Below, one piece after another: positions 1-16,886 of a stretch of DNA of 54,522 bases (its first letter is position 1; the number at the start of each line of letters is the position of its first letter). The stretch comes from an uncultured Acidobacteriota bacterium (GTDB lineage: Bacteria > Acidobacteriota > Polarisedimenticolia > J045): contig CAZOTT010000005.1 in the NCBI GenBank assembly GCA_964582785.1, positions 1 to 54,522 on the forward strand. Direction: 5' to 3'. The notes under the pieces are model-generated. The model saw nothing but the letters and a program-made list of their open reading frames with translations, had not been told where the DNA came from and made no database searches. The position numbers were made by a program, and so were the translations under genes.

Positions 1-997
1 CCCCCGGCGTCCCGGTGGTCGCGGCGGTGGACCCGGAGCACCGGGCCGCCGTCCGACGGCACCACACCGCCACCCACCTGCTCCACGCGGCTCTCCGGCG
101 GATCCTCGGGACCCACGTCCGCCAGGCGGGTTCCCTCGTGGCGCCGGACCGGCTGCGCTTCGATTTCAGCCACTACGAGGCGGTCGATGACGGGGTGCGG
201 CGGGAGATCGAGGCGTGGGTCACCGCCCGCATCGTGGAGGACCTGCCGGTGGAGACCGTCGAGGTGCCCCTCGAGGAGGCGCTTTCCTCCGGCGCGATCG
301 CGTTCTTCGGGGACCGGTACGGGGAGCGGGTCCGGGTGGTGCGCATCGGGGACGCCTCCCTGGAACTCTGTGGCGGAACCCACCGCGCACCGGCGAGATC
401 GGGCCGTTCCTGGTCCTCTCGGAAAGAGGGGTGGCTGCCGGCGTGCGGCGGATCGAGGCGGTGGCCGGTCCCGCCGCCCTCGCCCGGGTCCAGCAGTGGA
501 GAGCGTCCCTGGACGAGGCTGCCCGGGCCCTCGGGACCTCGCCCGGGGAGGTTCCCGGGACCGTGGCGCGGCGCCTCGAGGAGGGGAAGCGCCTGGCCCG
601 GGAGGTCGAGTCCCTGCGCCTCGAGCTGGCCCGGGCCCGGGAGGGGGGAGACGAGCCGGAAGAGGTGGGGGGCCTGCGGGTCGTCGCGCGGCGGGTCGAC
701 GGCCTCGGCAAGGGGCCGCGCCGGGAACTGGCCGACCAGGTCCGCCGGAGGGACCCGGCGGCGGTGGTCGTGCTCGGGGCGGCGGACGGGGGAAAGGCCC
801 AGATGCTCGTGGCCCTGGGGGAGAAGGCCCGGGAACGGCTCGACGCCCGGGCCCTCGTCCGGGAACTGGCCGCCCGGATCGGGGGCGGGGGCGGCGGCCG
901 CCCGGACCTGGCGGAGGCGGGCGGCAGGGACCCGGGAGGGCTGGACCGCGCCCTGGCCGAGGCCCCCGAGGTGGTGCGGAACCTGCTCGGGACCTGA
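1..997 (+). CDS. alaS: Alanine--tRNA ligase, 3' part (5' truncated by window), with an apparent frameshift at ~384-385
   Basis: ORF 15..1067 frame gives RRHHTATHLLHAALR, QAGSLVAPDRLRFDF and ELCGGTH (editing domain). It continues in the 215..997 frame as RTGEIG..GVAAGVRRIEA..IGGGGGGRPDLAEAGG (C-Ala/DHHA1). Confidence 0.95.
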
Positions 998-1184
998 AGG
1001 CACGGTGGAACGAACCTTCCGGACGTCGCTGCCGGGACCCCGGCAGGGCCCCGGGCTCCCCGGGTGATGAACGATTCTGAATACGACCGCACGGTTCCGG
1101 AGCCCGGTCCGGGTACCGGGGGGCCACCTGAAAGCTTCGCTCCACCATGGGGGGAGGTGGTCCCGGAGAGTCACGGGATCCAAC

Positions 1185-1757
1185 GTGTTCCCCGTGAGGT
1201 ACCGGTTCGCGGTTGTCCTCCCGGTCGTCCTGGCCCTGGCCGGACCGCCCGCGTCCGCGGCGGTGGGGGGACGGGCGCGGGACCCGGTCGGGCCGCCCTA
1301 CCAGCGCCTGATCGAGCGGGTCGCGGCCCGTCACCGCCTGGACCCGGCCCTCCTGGCGGCCCTCGTGGAGGTGGAGTCGGGGCGGAACCCTGCCGCCCGG
1401 TCCCGCAAGGGGGCGCTCGGCCTCGCCCAGCTGATGCCCGAGACCGCCCGCCGGTTCGGCGCCCGGGACCCGCTGGACGCGGAGGAAAACCTGGAGGCGG
1501 CGGCCCGTTACCTGCGGGCCCTGGTGGAGCGCTACCGGGGCGACCTTCCCCTTGTCCTGGCGGCCTGGAACGCGGGGGAGGGGGCCGTCGAGAAGTTCGG
1601 GGGAGTTCCCCCCTACCTGGAGACGGTCACCTTCGTCCGGAAGGTGCTGGACCGCCTCGCGGCAACCAGGGGGCCGGGCCCGCGGCCGGCCGGGGGGCCG
1701 GGCCGGGTCCGGGTCGAGCGCGATCCCGCCCGGGGGATCGTGGTCACCAACCGCTGA
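1185..1757 (+). CDS. Secreted lytic transglycosylase (SLT domain)
   Basis: Signal peptide; motifs VES-G, SRKGALGLAQLMP, LAAWNAG, PPYLETVTFV. Confidence 0.9.
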   Translation: MFPVRYRFAVVLPVVLALAGPPASAAVGGRARDPVGPPYQRLIERVAARHRLDPALLAALVEVESGRNPAARSRKGALGLAQLMPETARRFGARDPLDAEENLEAAARYLRALVERYRGDLPLVLAAWNAGEGAVEKFGGVPPYLETVTFVRKVLDRLAATRGPGPRPAGGPGRVRVERDPARGIVVTNR

Positions 1758-1860
1758 CCCGGTTTCGCCGGCCGAACATCCGTCCGCCAGGGAGCCTTTC
1801 CGCCGAACCAGGTGGAACCCGGTCGGCCGGTCTGCCGGATTCCCTCGGGCTCTGCCCCCG

Positions 1861-1901
1861 GATCCGCCGAACCCCGCGAAAATCGCGGGGTTCCGGCGAT
1901 C
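1861..1901. terminator. Long near-perfect hairpin (possible terminator or operator)
   Basis: gatccgccgaaccccgcga-aaa-tcgcggggttccggcgatc inverted repeat; T-run at 1912-1918. Confidence 0.5.
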
Positions 1902-1919
1902 GGCCCGGGGATTTTTTTC

Positions 1920-1947
1920 TTGACAGGGGGGGGCTTCAGCGTACTTT
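1920..1947 (+). promoter_or_regulatory. Sigma70-type promoter for the lipoprotein genes
   Basis: TTGACA (1920-1925), 16 nt, TACTTT (1942-1947), with a T-rich UP-like tract upstream; stands out in this GC background. Confidence 0.75.
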
Positions 1948-2104
1948 TCCGCACGAGCCGGGCCCCGGGTGGGCCGGGGCCCGGTGCATGGATCAGAAAC
2001 GAAACCAGAAAGGGGGTCGGTAAGTCGAGAGCCAGGCGCAGAAAGACAGAGTTGGTAGAGAGACGGTAACCGAAACGAAGTACCGACGGAAAAGGAGCCA
2101 TTCA

Positions 2105-2962
2105 ATGAGGAAGCTTGTCTACACCGCGTTCATTGCGGCGGTGGTCCTCTCGCTCGGCTGTGCCATCACGAACTACCCGGTGATCTTCGACACCGCCGGC
2201 CCGGACATGGACCAGGTGATGGATCACGGTTACGAGATGGCCTACATCAAGCCGGACGGCGACGTCGCCCTGCTTTACGACGACGGGTCCGACAACCTCT
2301 ACACCCTGGTCAGCCAGACGTGGGAAGGCGACCAGTGGCTGAAGACCTACAACAACTTCGACGCGTCCGGCGAGCTCAACTTCCTGGACCAGACCTACTG
2401 CGACCCCAACCGCCAGACCGACTGCGCGGTGTGGGTGGCCTGGAACCCGGATCTGCCCGATGCCTACCCGCACGGTGCCTCCGCTGGTTCCGGCAACGTC
2501 GTCGACGATCCGTTCGACGGTGAGTTCAACGAGGACTGCTCCGGTGCCCGCAGCCTCTCGCTGCTGGTCTCCATGACCTCCCGGGTCGGTGAGTGCGGCA
2601 GCGGCCTCTGGGCTGACAAGCAGGCTCTCGCGTTCGAGTTCGCCAACCTGGACACCGTCACCTTCCGTGGCCGCCAGGTCTACGAGCTCCCGGTCGACTC
2701 CTCCGTCGCCTCCTTCGAGGTGGTCGGTGAGGACGGCGCCTCCACCCAGGCCCCGATCTACGGCCGGTTCGTCGGTTACGTGGACAACCAGTTCCGCGTC
2801 GCCGTCCCGGTGACCCCGAACGCGAAGTACCAGCTCCGCTGGGCCAAGAACTGGGTCGAGAACCACGGCAACTTCGCCGAGATCAACCTGACCTACGGCT
2901 CGCTGAACGCGAACTTCAAGGTCAAGGTCACGACCTTCGACGGCGCCCTCGACCGGTTCTGA
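2105..2962 (+). CDS. Lipoprotein of unrecognised family, paralog 1 (285 aa)
   Basis: AAGGAG RBS; lipobox LSLG-C; motifs YCD, AWNP, DCSGARSLSLLV, GECG and TPNA shared with the two downstream genes. Confidence 0.9.
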   Translation: MRKLVYTAFIAAVVLSLGCAITNYPVIFDTAGPDMDQVMDHGYEMAYIKPDGDVALLYDDGSDNLYTLVSQTWEGDQWLKTYNNFDASGELNFLDQTYCDPNRQTDCAVWVAWNPDLPDAYPHGASAGSGNVVDDPFDGEFNEDCSGARSLSLLVSMTSRVGECGSGLWADKQALAFEFANLDTVTFRGRQVYELPVDSSVASFEVVGEDGASTQAPIYGRFVGYVDNQFRVAVPVTPNAKYQLRWAKNWVENHGNFAEINLTYGSLNANFKVKVTTFDGALDRF

Positions 2963-3025
2963 TCCAGCCCGAACTGGAAGCCTGAACTGCTCGCGAACTG
3001 AAGGACAAGAAAGGAGCGAGAACCC

Positions 3026-3823
3026 ATGAGGAAGCTGCTCTATGCCGCGTTCTGCCTGGCCCTGATCGCCTCGCTGGGCTGCGCGATCACCGATTACCCG
3101 ATCATCACCGACACCCGTGGGGACTACAGCGGCATCATCCGCACCGGCCACAAGGCCTACGTGACCGGCACCGCCCAGGTCGCCACGATCTACCCCGACG
3201 GCTCCGACGAGCTGTTCTCCATGGTGTGGCAGAACGCCTACGGCGATCAGCGCCTGTACACCTTCAACAACTTCGACCCGACCGCGACCGCGATCTTCAT
3301 GGACCAGACCTACTGCGACTGGCGGTATGACGGCTGCGAGGTCGTCCGCGCCTGGAATCCTCACCAGAACGACGAGCCGTTCGACTACGAGTTCTTCGAG
3401 GACTGCTCCGGCGCCCGCAGCCTCTCCCTCCTGGTCGCGCAGGGTTCCCGCCTCGGTGAGTGCGGCGACAGCCTCTTCCGGTCCGACCTCCAGGGTCTTG
3501 CCGGTGAGTTCGCCGACCTGGCCACCACCACCTGGCGGGGTGAGACTGCCTACGTGATCCCGGTCAACGCTTCCAACACCACCGTGGCCCTGAACGGCGT
3601 CGCGGTCCCGGTCTACGGCCAGTTCAACGGCTTCGTGACCGAGAAGCTCCAGGTCATGGTTCCCATGACCCCGAACGCCCGCCACGAGCTCAAGTGGCTG
3701 AGCCGCTGGATCGCCGAGAATGGCGACCTGGCCACCGTGACGATCAACTACGACAGCATCTCGGCCGACGTCAACGTGAAGTTCGCCGCCGAGGGCATCC
3801 ACTACAACGCCGATCGTCTCTGA
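3026..3823 (+). CDS. Lipoprotein of unrecognised family, paralog 2 (265 aa)
   Basis: AAGGAG RBS; lipobox ASLG-C; same conserved motifs. Confidence 0.9.
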   Translation: MRKLLYAAFCLALIASLGCAITDYPIITDTRGDYSGIIRTGHKAYVTGTAQVATIYPDGSDELFSMVWQNAYGDQRLYTFNNFDPTATAIFMDQTYCDWRYDGCEVVRAWNPHQNDEPFDYEFFEDCSGARSLSLLVAQGSRLGECGDSLFRSDLQGLAGEFADLATTTWRGETAYVIPVNASNTTVALNGVAVPVYGQFNGFVTEKLQVMVPMTPNARHELKWLSRWIAENGDLATVTINYDSISADVNVKFAAEGIHYNADRL

Positions 3824-3851
3824 TCCACGAACCTGCGCCTGATCTCGACGG

Positions 3852-3884
3852 GGGAGGCGGCCTGCGGGCCGCCTCCCTTTTTTT
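3852..3884 (+). terminator. Rho-independent terminator after paralog 2
   Basis: gggaggcggcc-tgcg-ggccgcctccc followed by T7. Confidence 0.9.
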
Positions 3885-3999
3885 ACCCTTGCGGGACGGC
3901 CGGAACGGCGTACGTTTCGCGCGAGGAGGCTCTCCGGGCCCGGGGATGGATGGTCACGACAGGAGAAAGCCGGGCGGAGAGGGAAAGGAGCCCAGAGAG

Positions 4000-4806
4000 A
4001 TGAAGAAGGTGCTCGGCATGCTGCTGGTGGCGGCGCTGGTTGCCACGGTCGGGGGCTGTGCCCTGACGGACTACCCGGTGATCACGGACGACCGGGGGGA
4101 CTACTCCGGCATCGTCCGGACCGGCCACAAGGCCTACATCACCCAGACGTCCCAGGTGGCGACGATCTGGCCCGACGGCTCGGACGAGCTGTTCTCCATG
4201 GTCTACCAGAACGCCTACGGGGACCAGAGGCTGTACACGTTCAACAACTACGATCCGACCGCCACCGCTCTGTTCCTCGACCAGAACTACGGCTACTGCG
4301 ACTGGAACTACGACGGGTGCGAGATCGTCCGGGCCTGGAACCCCCACCAGAACGACGACCCGCTGGACTACGAGTTCTTCGCGGACTGCTCGGGCGCCCG
4401 CAGCCTGTCGCTGCTCGTGGCCCAGCAGAACCGCCTCGGGGAATGCGGGGACGGTCTCTTCTCCGGGGACATGCAGGGGCTGGCCGGCGAGTTCGCCGAC
4501 CTGGCGACGACCTCCTGGCGGGGTGAGACCGCGTACGTGATCCCGGTGAACGCCGCGAACACCAGCGTCTCCCTCGACGGTGTTTCCGTCCCGCTCTACG
4601 GCCAGTTCAACGGGTTCGTCACGGACAGGCTCCAGGTGATGATCCCGATGACGCCCAACGCCCGGCACGAGCTGAAATGGCTTTCCCGCTGGATCGCGGA
4701 AAATGGCCCGGCTGCCACCGCGACGATCTCCTGGGGCAGCCTGTCCGCCGACGTGCGGGTTCGCTTCGCCGCCGAGGGGATCCACCACAACGCCGACCGG
4801 CTCTGA
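4000..4806 (+). CDS. Lipoprotein of unrecognised family, paralog 3 (268 aa)
   Basis: ATG at 4000 after AAGGAG; lipobox VGG-C; mature part about 80% identical to paralog 2 by manual comparison. Confidence 0.9.
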   Translation: MKKVLGMLLVAALVATVGGCALTDYPVITDDRGDYSGIVRTGHKAYITQTSQVATIWPDGSDELFSMVYQNAYGDQRLYTFNNYDPTATALFLDQNYGYCDWNYDGCEIVRAWNPHQNDDPLDYEFFADCSGARSLSLLVAQQNRLGECGDGLFSGDMQGLAGEFADLATTSWRGETAYVIPVNAANTSVSLDGVSVPLYGQFNGFVTDRLQVMIPMTPNARHELKWLSRWIAENGPAATATISWGSLSADVRVRFAAEGIHHNADRL

Positions 4807-4830
4807 CCGGTTTTCCGGCAGTTCCCCCTC

Positions 4831-4858
4831 CCGCGGGACGGCGGCCGCCGTCCCGCGG
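4831..4858. terminator. Perfect 28-nt palindrome between convergent genes (probable bidirectional terminator)
   Basis: ccgcgggacggcgg/ccgccgtcccgcgg. Confidence 0.6.
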
Positions 4859-4878
4859 TTCGTTTCCCGCCCCGCGAA

Positions 4879-6330
4879 TCAGGGGCCCCCGGCCAGCTCC
4901 CGGGCGCGCGCCACCGCGGCCGCGGGATCCACCAGCCCGTACCCGGACGCCGGGTCGGGTCCGGCGGGGGGAAGGTCCCGGGCCGTCTGCCGCAGCACCT
5001 CCATCACCTGGAGCGGGGTCAGGTCCGGGGCCACCTGGAAGACGAGGGCCGCGACCCCCCCCACCCAGCCGGTCGCGTGGGAGGTGCCCGAGGCCAGGCC
5101 GAGGGAGCGGGGGGTGGGGGGGGCCGGGACGGGGAGCCGGAAGCCGGGGGCGGCCAGGTCCGGGAAGACCCCGGGGCGCCCGCAGGGGGACGGTCCCCGG
5201 GAGGACGGATCGATGACCCGCAGGTGGCGGTCGATCGCGGCCACCGCCAGGGGGCCCCGCCCGGCCGGGAGCGGCAGGTCTGCCGGCGACTGGCAGCTTC
5301 CCGGGTCCGGGCCGTCGTTCCCGGCGGCGAAGACCGGCAGGACACCCGCCGCGAGGAACGCCTCGATCATCGGCAGGTCCCGGTCGTCGCACGAGCCCCT
5401 GCCGTGGCCCCAGGCGCCGAGGACCACGTCCACCCGCCGGGTTTCGAACAGCATCCAGTCCGCCGCCAGGGCCATGTTGACGTTGTTGTAGCTGTTGTAC
5501 CGGTTCGCCAGGGCCGCCACCCAGCGGGCTCCCGGCGCGGCTCCCAGGGCGTGTCCCCGGACCGGCCGCCCCAGGGCGCAGGCGAGAACTTCCGAGCCGT
5601 GGGGCACGGTGTCGAACGGCTCCGGGCGTCCCTCCACCGGGTCGAACCAGGAGGGCCCGTCGGCCCGGGCGTCCCGCAGCGCCTCGTGGTCTCCCATCAC
5701 CCCGCTGTCCAGGGAGCCGATGACCACGCCCCGGCCATCGATCCCCTGCTGCCAGAGGGCGGGAAGTCCCAGCGCCACGACGCCCCAGCTCGGCCCCGGC
5801 GGCACCGGCTCCGCCCGCCGGAGGAAGCTCCCGGCGGTGGACCGGCGGGCGTCCCGCACCGAGTCCACCTCGGGGACCAGGCGGGCGACCGCCGGGTCGG
5901 CGGCGAGTTCCCGCAGCGCCGGGAGCCTGGCGACCACGTGAACCCGGTTCATGTACCGGATCGGTTGCCACCAGTCCACGAGGCCGCGGCGCTCCAGGTC
6001 CTCGAGCAGGGGCCTGAGGTGCGCCACTCCGCGGGCGGACAGCGCGCGCAGTTCCCGCAGCGTGAACTCGCGGAAGGCCGCACGGGGGATCCCTCCCCGG
6101 GCCTCCAGGGCGAGGATCGGGGCCAGGTCCGGCTGCTCCCGGAGATCCACCAGCAGGCGCAGCCAGGCACGGCCATCGGGGCCCGCCAGTTCCCGGAAGC
6201 GGGGCGAGATCCCCGCCTGCCGGGGCAGGAGCCGGACGGGCAGCCGGTCCGGGAGGACCGGCCGGCGGGGAATCTCCGGGGTGCGGCAGGCGAGGAGGAG
6301 AACCAGCAGGGGCAGGATGCGGCGAACCAT
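4879..6330 (-). CDS. S8 (subtilisin-family) serine peptidase, probable lipoprotein with propeptide
   Basis: GGAGG RBS then [15 protein letters not shown]; triad motifs LDSG, HGSEV, GTSHA; oxyanion FAAGN; SSRGP. Confidence 0.88.
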   Translation of the reverse strand: MVRRILPLLVLLLACRTPEIPRRPVLPDRLPVRLLPRQAGISPRFRELAGPDGRAWLRLLVDLREQPDLAPILALEARGGIPRAAFREFTLRELRALSARGVAHLRPLLEDLERRGLVDWWQPIRYMNRVHVVARLPALRELAADPAVARLVPEVDSVRDARRSTAGSFLRRAEPVPPGPSWGVVALGLPALWQQGIDGRGVVIGSLDSGVMGDHEALRDARADGPSWFDPVEGRPEPFDTVPHGSEVLACALGRPVRGHALGAAPGARWVAALANRYNSYNNVNMALAADWMLFETRRVDVVLGAWGHGRGSCDDRDLPMIEAFLAAGVLPVFAAGNDGPDPGSCQSPADLPLPAGRGPLAVAAIDRHLRVIDPSSRGPSPCGRPGVFPDLAAPGFRLPVPAPPTPRSLGLASGTSHATGWVGGVAALVFQVAPDLTPLQVMEVLRQTARDLPPAGPDPASGYGLVDPAAAVARARELAGGP

Positions 6331-6562
6331 CGCGGACACCTCCGGGTTGCGGCAGGGGACGGATGCGTACAATATAGGAATTCGGGCTGCACGGGACCCG
6401 CTCGGAACGTACATTGGCTCGCGTGAGACGCCTTCGCTCACGGGAGGACCCGGTGCAGCCAGTCCCCCTTCGAGCTTCTTCCGTCCATCCGCCGGGGTCG
6501 ACACGACGCCGCTCCCGGCAGTCCAGGGACGACACCGTCCCGGAAACCACTGGAGGTATGCG

Positions 6563-13630
<7,068 letters not shown>

Positions 13631-13657
13631 CGCGCGGGAAACGGTGGGTTCACCACG

Positions 13658-13692
13658 GGACGCCGGCCGCGAGCGGCCGGCGTCCTCCTTTC
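13658..13692 (+). terminator. Hairpin terminator between convergent genes
   Basis: ggacgccggccg-cgag-cggccggcgtcc followed by tccttt. Confidence 0.6.
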
Positions 13693-13705
13693 CGCCCCGG
13701 ACGGA

Positions 13706-14065
13706 TCAGCCGTTGCGGGGCCGGGCGGCCTCCCGCCGGGCCGACCGCATCCTGGTCCCCAGCTCCTGGGAGAGCCGGATCTCCTCGGCGGGGATGTCGG
13801 CGGGAAACAGGGTTCCGCTGATCCGGGCACGGTGGATCGAGGCCCCGTCGAGGAGGGCTTCCGACAGGTCCACGCCGCGCAGGTCCGCGTCCCGGAGGTA
13901 GGCGCCCCGGAGGTCCGCCCGGGAAAGGTCCGCCCGGCGCAGGTCGACCGCCCGGAGGTTCGCGTTCCGGAGGTCGGGCGTCTCCCGCTTCGCCATCTCG
14001 TTGAACTGCGCGAACTTTTCCTCCCGGAGCAGCCGGCAGTGGGGTTTCGTGGCGTCGAGGGGCAT
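13706..14065 (-). CDS. Pentapeptide-repeat protein
   Basis: ANLRAVDLRRADLSRADLRGAYLRDADLRG; AAGGAGG RBS before the ATG at 14065. Confidence 0.9.
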   Translation of the reverse strand: MPLDATKPHCRLLREEKFAQFNEMAKRETPDLRNANLRAVDLRRADLSRADLRGAYLRDADLRGVDLSEALLDGASIHRARISGTLFPADIPAEEIRLSQELGTRMRSARREAARPRNG

Positions 14066-14230
14066 GCTTGTCACCTCCTTCGAGTCTCATCGTCCGGACC
14101 CGACCGGACTTGAGCCGGGAGGGACAGAGACCGCGGCGGGAGCCACCCGTGGTTCGGATCCGGTCGTCCGGGCCCGCGCGGACCCGGGTGGCAGCGGATA
14201 TCCTTGGGGACCGGAGGAAGGAGGCGGACG

Positions 14231-15844
14231 ATGGTGACGGACGACCTGCCCCGGGCGCGGGGGCGTTTCGTGGCGGTGCCCCGCTGCGGGTTCCTGCTGG
14301 ACTTCTCGACCTTCTGGAGGGCGGGGGAGGCCCCGCAGCCCGGGACCACCACCGAGGAAGGGACCCTCCTCCCGGAGATGGATCCCGCCTTCGACGCGAT
14401 GGCCGCCCTCGAGGCGGGGGCCGTGGCGAACCCCGACGAGAACCGCCGCGTCGGTCACTACTGGCTGCGGGCCCCGGAACTGGCCCCGGACCCGGGGCTG
14501 ACCCGGGCGATCGAGGACGCCCGGGACCGGGTGATCGAGTTCGCCGCCCGGGTCCGGGAGGGAACCCTGGGCCCGGCCCCCGGGGCCCGCTTCGAGCAGG
14601 TGCTCCACGTGGGGATCGGGGGCTCGGCCCTGGGTCCCCAGCTCGCCGCCGACGCCCTGCCCGGTTCCGGCGGCCCGGGGATCGAGTTTCTCGACAACAC
14701 CGACCCGGAAGGGTTCGAGCGGGTTCTCGGCCGGATCCGGGATCGCCTCGAGCGGACCCTGGTGGTCGTTGCGAGCAAGAGCGGGGGCACGCCGGAGACC
14801 CGCAACGGGATGGAGGCGGTCCGGGCGGCGCTGCTGGCCCGGGGGCTCGAACCGGCACGGCACCTGGTGGCGATCACCGGGGAGGGGAGCGCCCTCGACG
14901 GGCGGGCCCGGGACGAGGGCTGGCTGGCGACCTTCCCCATGTGGGACTGGGTGGGAGGGCGCACCTCGATCACGTCCGCCGTCGGACTCCTCCCGCTGGC
15001 CCTCCTCGGTCACGACGTGTCCGCGTTCCTCGACGGGGCGCGCCGGATGGACGAGGCCACCCGGGTCCGGGACCCGGTGGCGAACCCGGCCGCCCAGCTC
15101 GCCCTCGCCTGGTACGCGGCGACCGGGGGACGCGCCCGGAGGGCGATGGTGGTGCTCCCCTACCTGGACCACCTGCTCCTCTTCTCCAGGTATCTCCAGC
15201 AGCTCGTCATGGAGTCGCTGGGGAAGGAACGGGACCTCGCGGGCCGCGTCGTGCACCAGGGCCTGACGGTGTACGGGAACAAGGGTTCCACCGACCAGCA
15301 CGCCTATGTCCAGCAGCTCCGGGAGGGCCCCGACGACTTCTTCTGCGTCTTCATCTCCGCGAGGGAGGAGAGGACCACCGCCCCGCCCCTGGAGGTGGAG
15401 CCGGGGGTCACGCCGGGGGACTACCTGCTCGGGTTCCTGCTCGGCACGCGCCGGGCCCTCGCCGAGGCGGGGAGGCGCTCCCTGCTGGTTTCCCTCCCCC
15501 GCCTGGACGAGGGGGCGCTGGGAGCCCTCATCGCCCTCTTCGAGCGGACGGTGGGGTTCTACGCCACGCTGGTCGGGATCAACGCCTACCACCAGCCCGG
15601 CGTGGAGGCGGGGAAGAAGGCCGCCCGCGACGTCCTGGAGGTGCAGCGGGCGCTCCTGCGGGCGATGGAGCGTTCCCCCGGCCGGTTCGCGACCGCGGCG
15701 GAATGGGCCCGGGAGGCGGGGCGGGAAGACCGTGCCGCCGAGGCGTTCTGGGTCCTCGCCCACCTGGCGGCGAACCCCGCCCGGGGGGTGCGCCGGGAAG
15801 GATCCGACGCGGACCCGGCGGCCCTGTTCGGGATCCCGGGCTGA
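14231..15844 (+). CDS. pgi: Glucose-6-phosphate isomerase
   Basis: [48 protein letters not shown]. Confidence 0.95.
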   Translation: MVTDDLPRARGRFVAVPRCGFLLDFSTFWRAGEAPQPGTTTEEGTLLPEMDPAFDAMAALEAGAVANPDENRRVGHYWLRAPELAPDPGLTRAIEDARDRVIEFAARVREGTLGPAPGARFEQVLHVGIGGSALGPQLAADALPGSGGPGIEFLDNTDPEGFERVLGRIRDRLERTLVVVASKSGGTPETRNGMEAVRAALLARGLEPARHLVAITGEGSALDGRARDEGWLATFPMWDWVGGRTSITSAVGLLPLALLGHDVSAFLDGARRMDEATRVRDPVANPAAQLALAWYAATGGRARRAMVVLPYLDHLLLFSRYLQQLVMESLGKERDLAGRVVHQGLTVYGNKGSTDQHAYVQQLREGPDDFFCVFISAREERTTAPPLEVEPGVTPGDYLLGFLLGTRRALAEAGRRSLLVSLPRLDEGALGALIALFERTVGFYATLVGINAYHQPGVEAGKKAARDVLEVQRALLRAMERSPGRFATAAEWAREAGREDRAAEAFWVLAHLAANPARGVRREGSDADPAALFGIPG

Positions 15845-15845
15845 G

Positions 15846-16772
15846 TCAGTCCTCCCCGAAGAGGGAGCGATCGAGGGAGGCGAGGTCCGGTGGCAGCGGG
15901 GCCTCGCACAGGACCCGGCGGCCGGACCGGGGATGGACGAACCCGAGCCGGGCCGCGTGGAGGGCGAGCCGCCCGGGCCCGGGGTCGCCGCCGATCCCGT
16001 ACCACCGGTCCCCGAGGAGGGGCCAGCCGGTGGCCGCCGCCTGGACCCGGACCTGGTTGCGCCGCCCGGTCACCAGGCGGAAGCGCACCCGGGCCCGGGG
16101 GGCCGGTTCCCGGCGGGACGCCTCGACCCGGTACTTCAGGACCGCCTCCCGGCCCGTGCTCCCCCCTTCTTCCACGACCAGCACCTCCCGCCCCGGGCGG
16201 GGCTCGGCCAGCAGGTGCCGGAGCGTGCCCTCGTCCCGGTCGGGCCGGCCGGCGGTCCAGCCGAGGTATTCCCGGAGGGGCCGCCGGGCGCGGAACTGGC
16301 CCCGCAGCCGCGCCGCGTCCCGGGCCGTCCGCGCGAAGAGAACGAGCCCGGAGGTTTCCCGGTCGATCCTGTGGACCACGTGCAGTTCCCCCCCCGCGCC
16401 CCGCCCCGCCTCCGCCAGCGCGGCGAGGACCCGCGCCACCAGGGGGAGGTCGCCGGGATCCGGGTCGGTCGTCGGGACCGTGACGATCCCGGGGTCCTTG
16501 TCGACGACCACCAGGGCCGCGTCCAGCAGGAGGACACGGAACCCGGGCCCGGCCAGGACCGGCCGGGAGGGGGGAAGCGGGGCCCGGTCGTGGAGTTCCA
16601 CCCGGGCGCCGGCAGGGGGGCGGGCCGCGGGATCGGTGACCACCCGGCCCTCGACGGTGACGCGCCCGGAGCGGATCCATTCCCGGGCCCGGCGCAGGGA
16701 CGTCCCGACCGCGTCCCGGAGGAACGTGGTCAGGCTCAGGTCGGCGCCGGGAGGAACGCGAAAGCGGGGCAT
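15846..16772 (-). CDS. RluA-family pseudouridine synthase with S4-like N-terminus
   Basis: VVDKDPG, HRIDRETSG, TGRRNQVR, LLGDRWYG, LHAARL in the 3' part of ORF 15846..19109; start MPRFRVP. Confidence 0.9.
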   Translation of the reverse strand: MPRFRVPPGADLSLTTFLRDAVGTSLRRAREWIRSGRVTVEGRVVTDPAARPPAGARVELHDRAPLPPSRPVLAGPGFRVLLLDAALVVVDKDPGIVTVPTTDPDPGDLPLVARVLAALAEAGRGAGGELHVVHRIDRETSGLVLFARTARDAARLRGQFRARRPLREYLGWTAGRPDRDEGTLRHLLAEPRPGREVLVVEEGGSTGREAVLKYRVEASRREPAPRARVRFRLVTGRRNQVRVQAAATGWPLLGDRWYGIGGDPGPGRLALHAARLGFVHPRSGRRVLCEAPLPPDLASLDRSLFGED

Positions 16773-16886
16773 GGGGCCTCCGGGACACGGTTGCGGGGAC
16801 CGCCGGAAAGTGATGAAGTGTCCCCGTCGCTTCCAGCATAGCGCGGGAACCGATCCCGCCCGGGGGGCGACGGAAGGGGTTTTCCG

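Noticed and set aside
1185-1757. SLT gene as part of the lipoprotein system
   Set aside because: Separated by a large hairpin and a dedicated promoter; more likely linked to alaS, though not excluded
1758-1860. SRP or 6S RNA in the intergenic region
   Set aside because: Lacks the SRP CAGG..GNRA..AGCA core and a 6S-like long rod
1988-2023. Short upstream ORF MDQKRNQKGGR in the lipoprotein leader
   Set aside because: No RBS, no regulatory codon run and no attenuator terminator
2105-4806. Diversity-generating retroelement or invertible cassette explanation for the paralogs
   Set aside because: No reverse transcriptase or recombinase nearby; differences are spread throughout and not adenine-specific; all copies have an RBS and signal peptide
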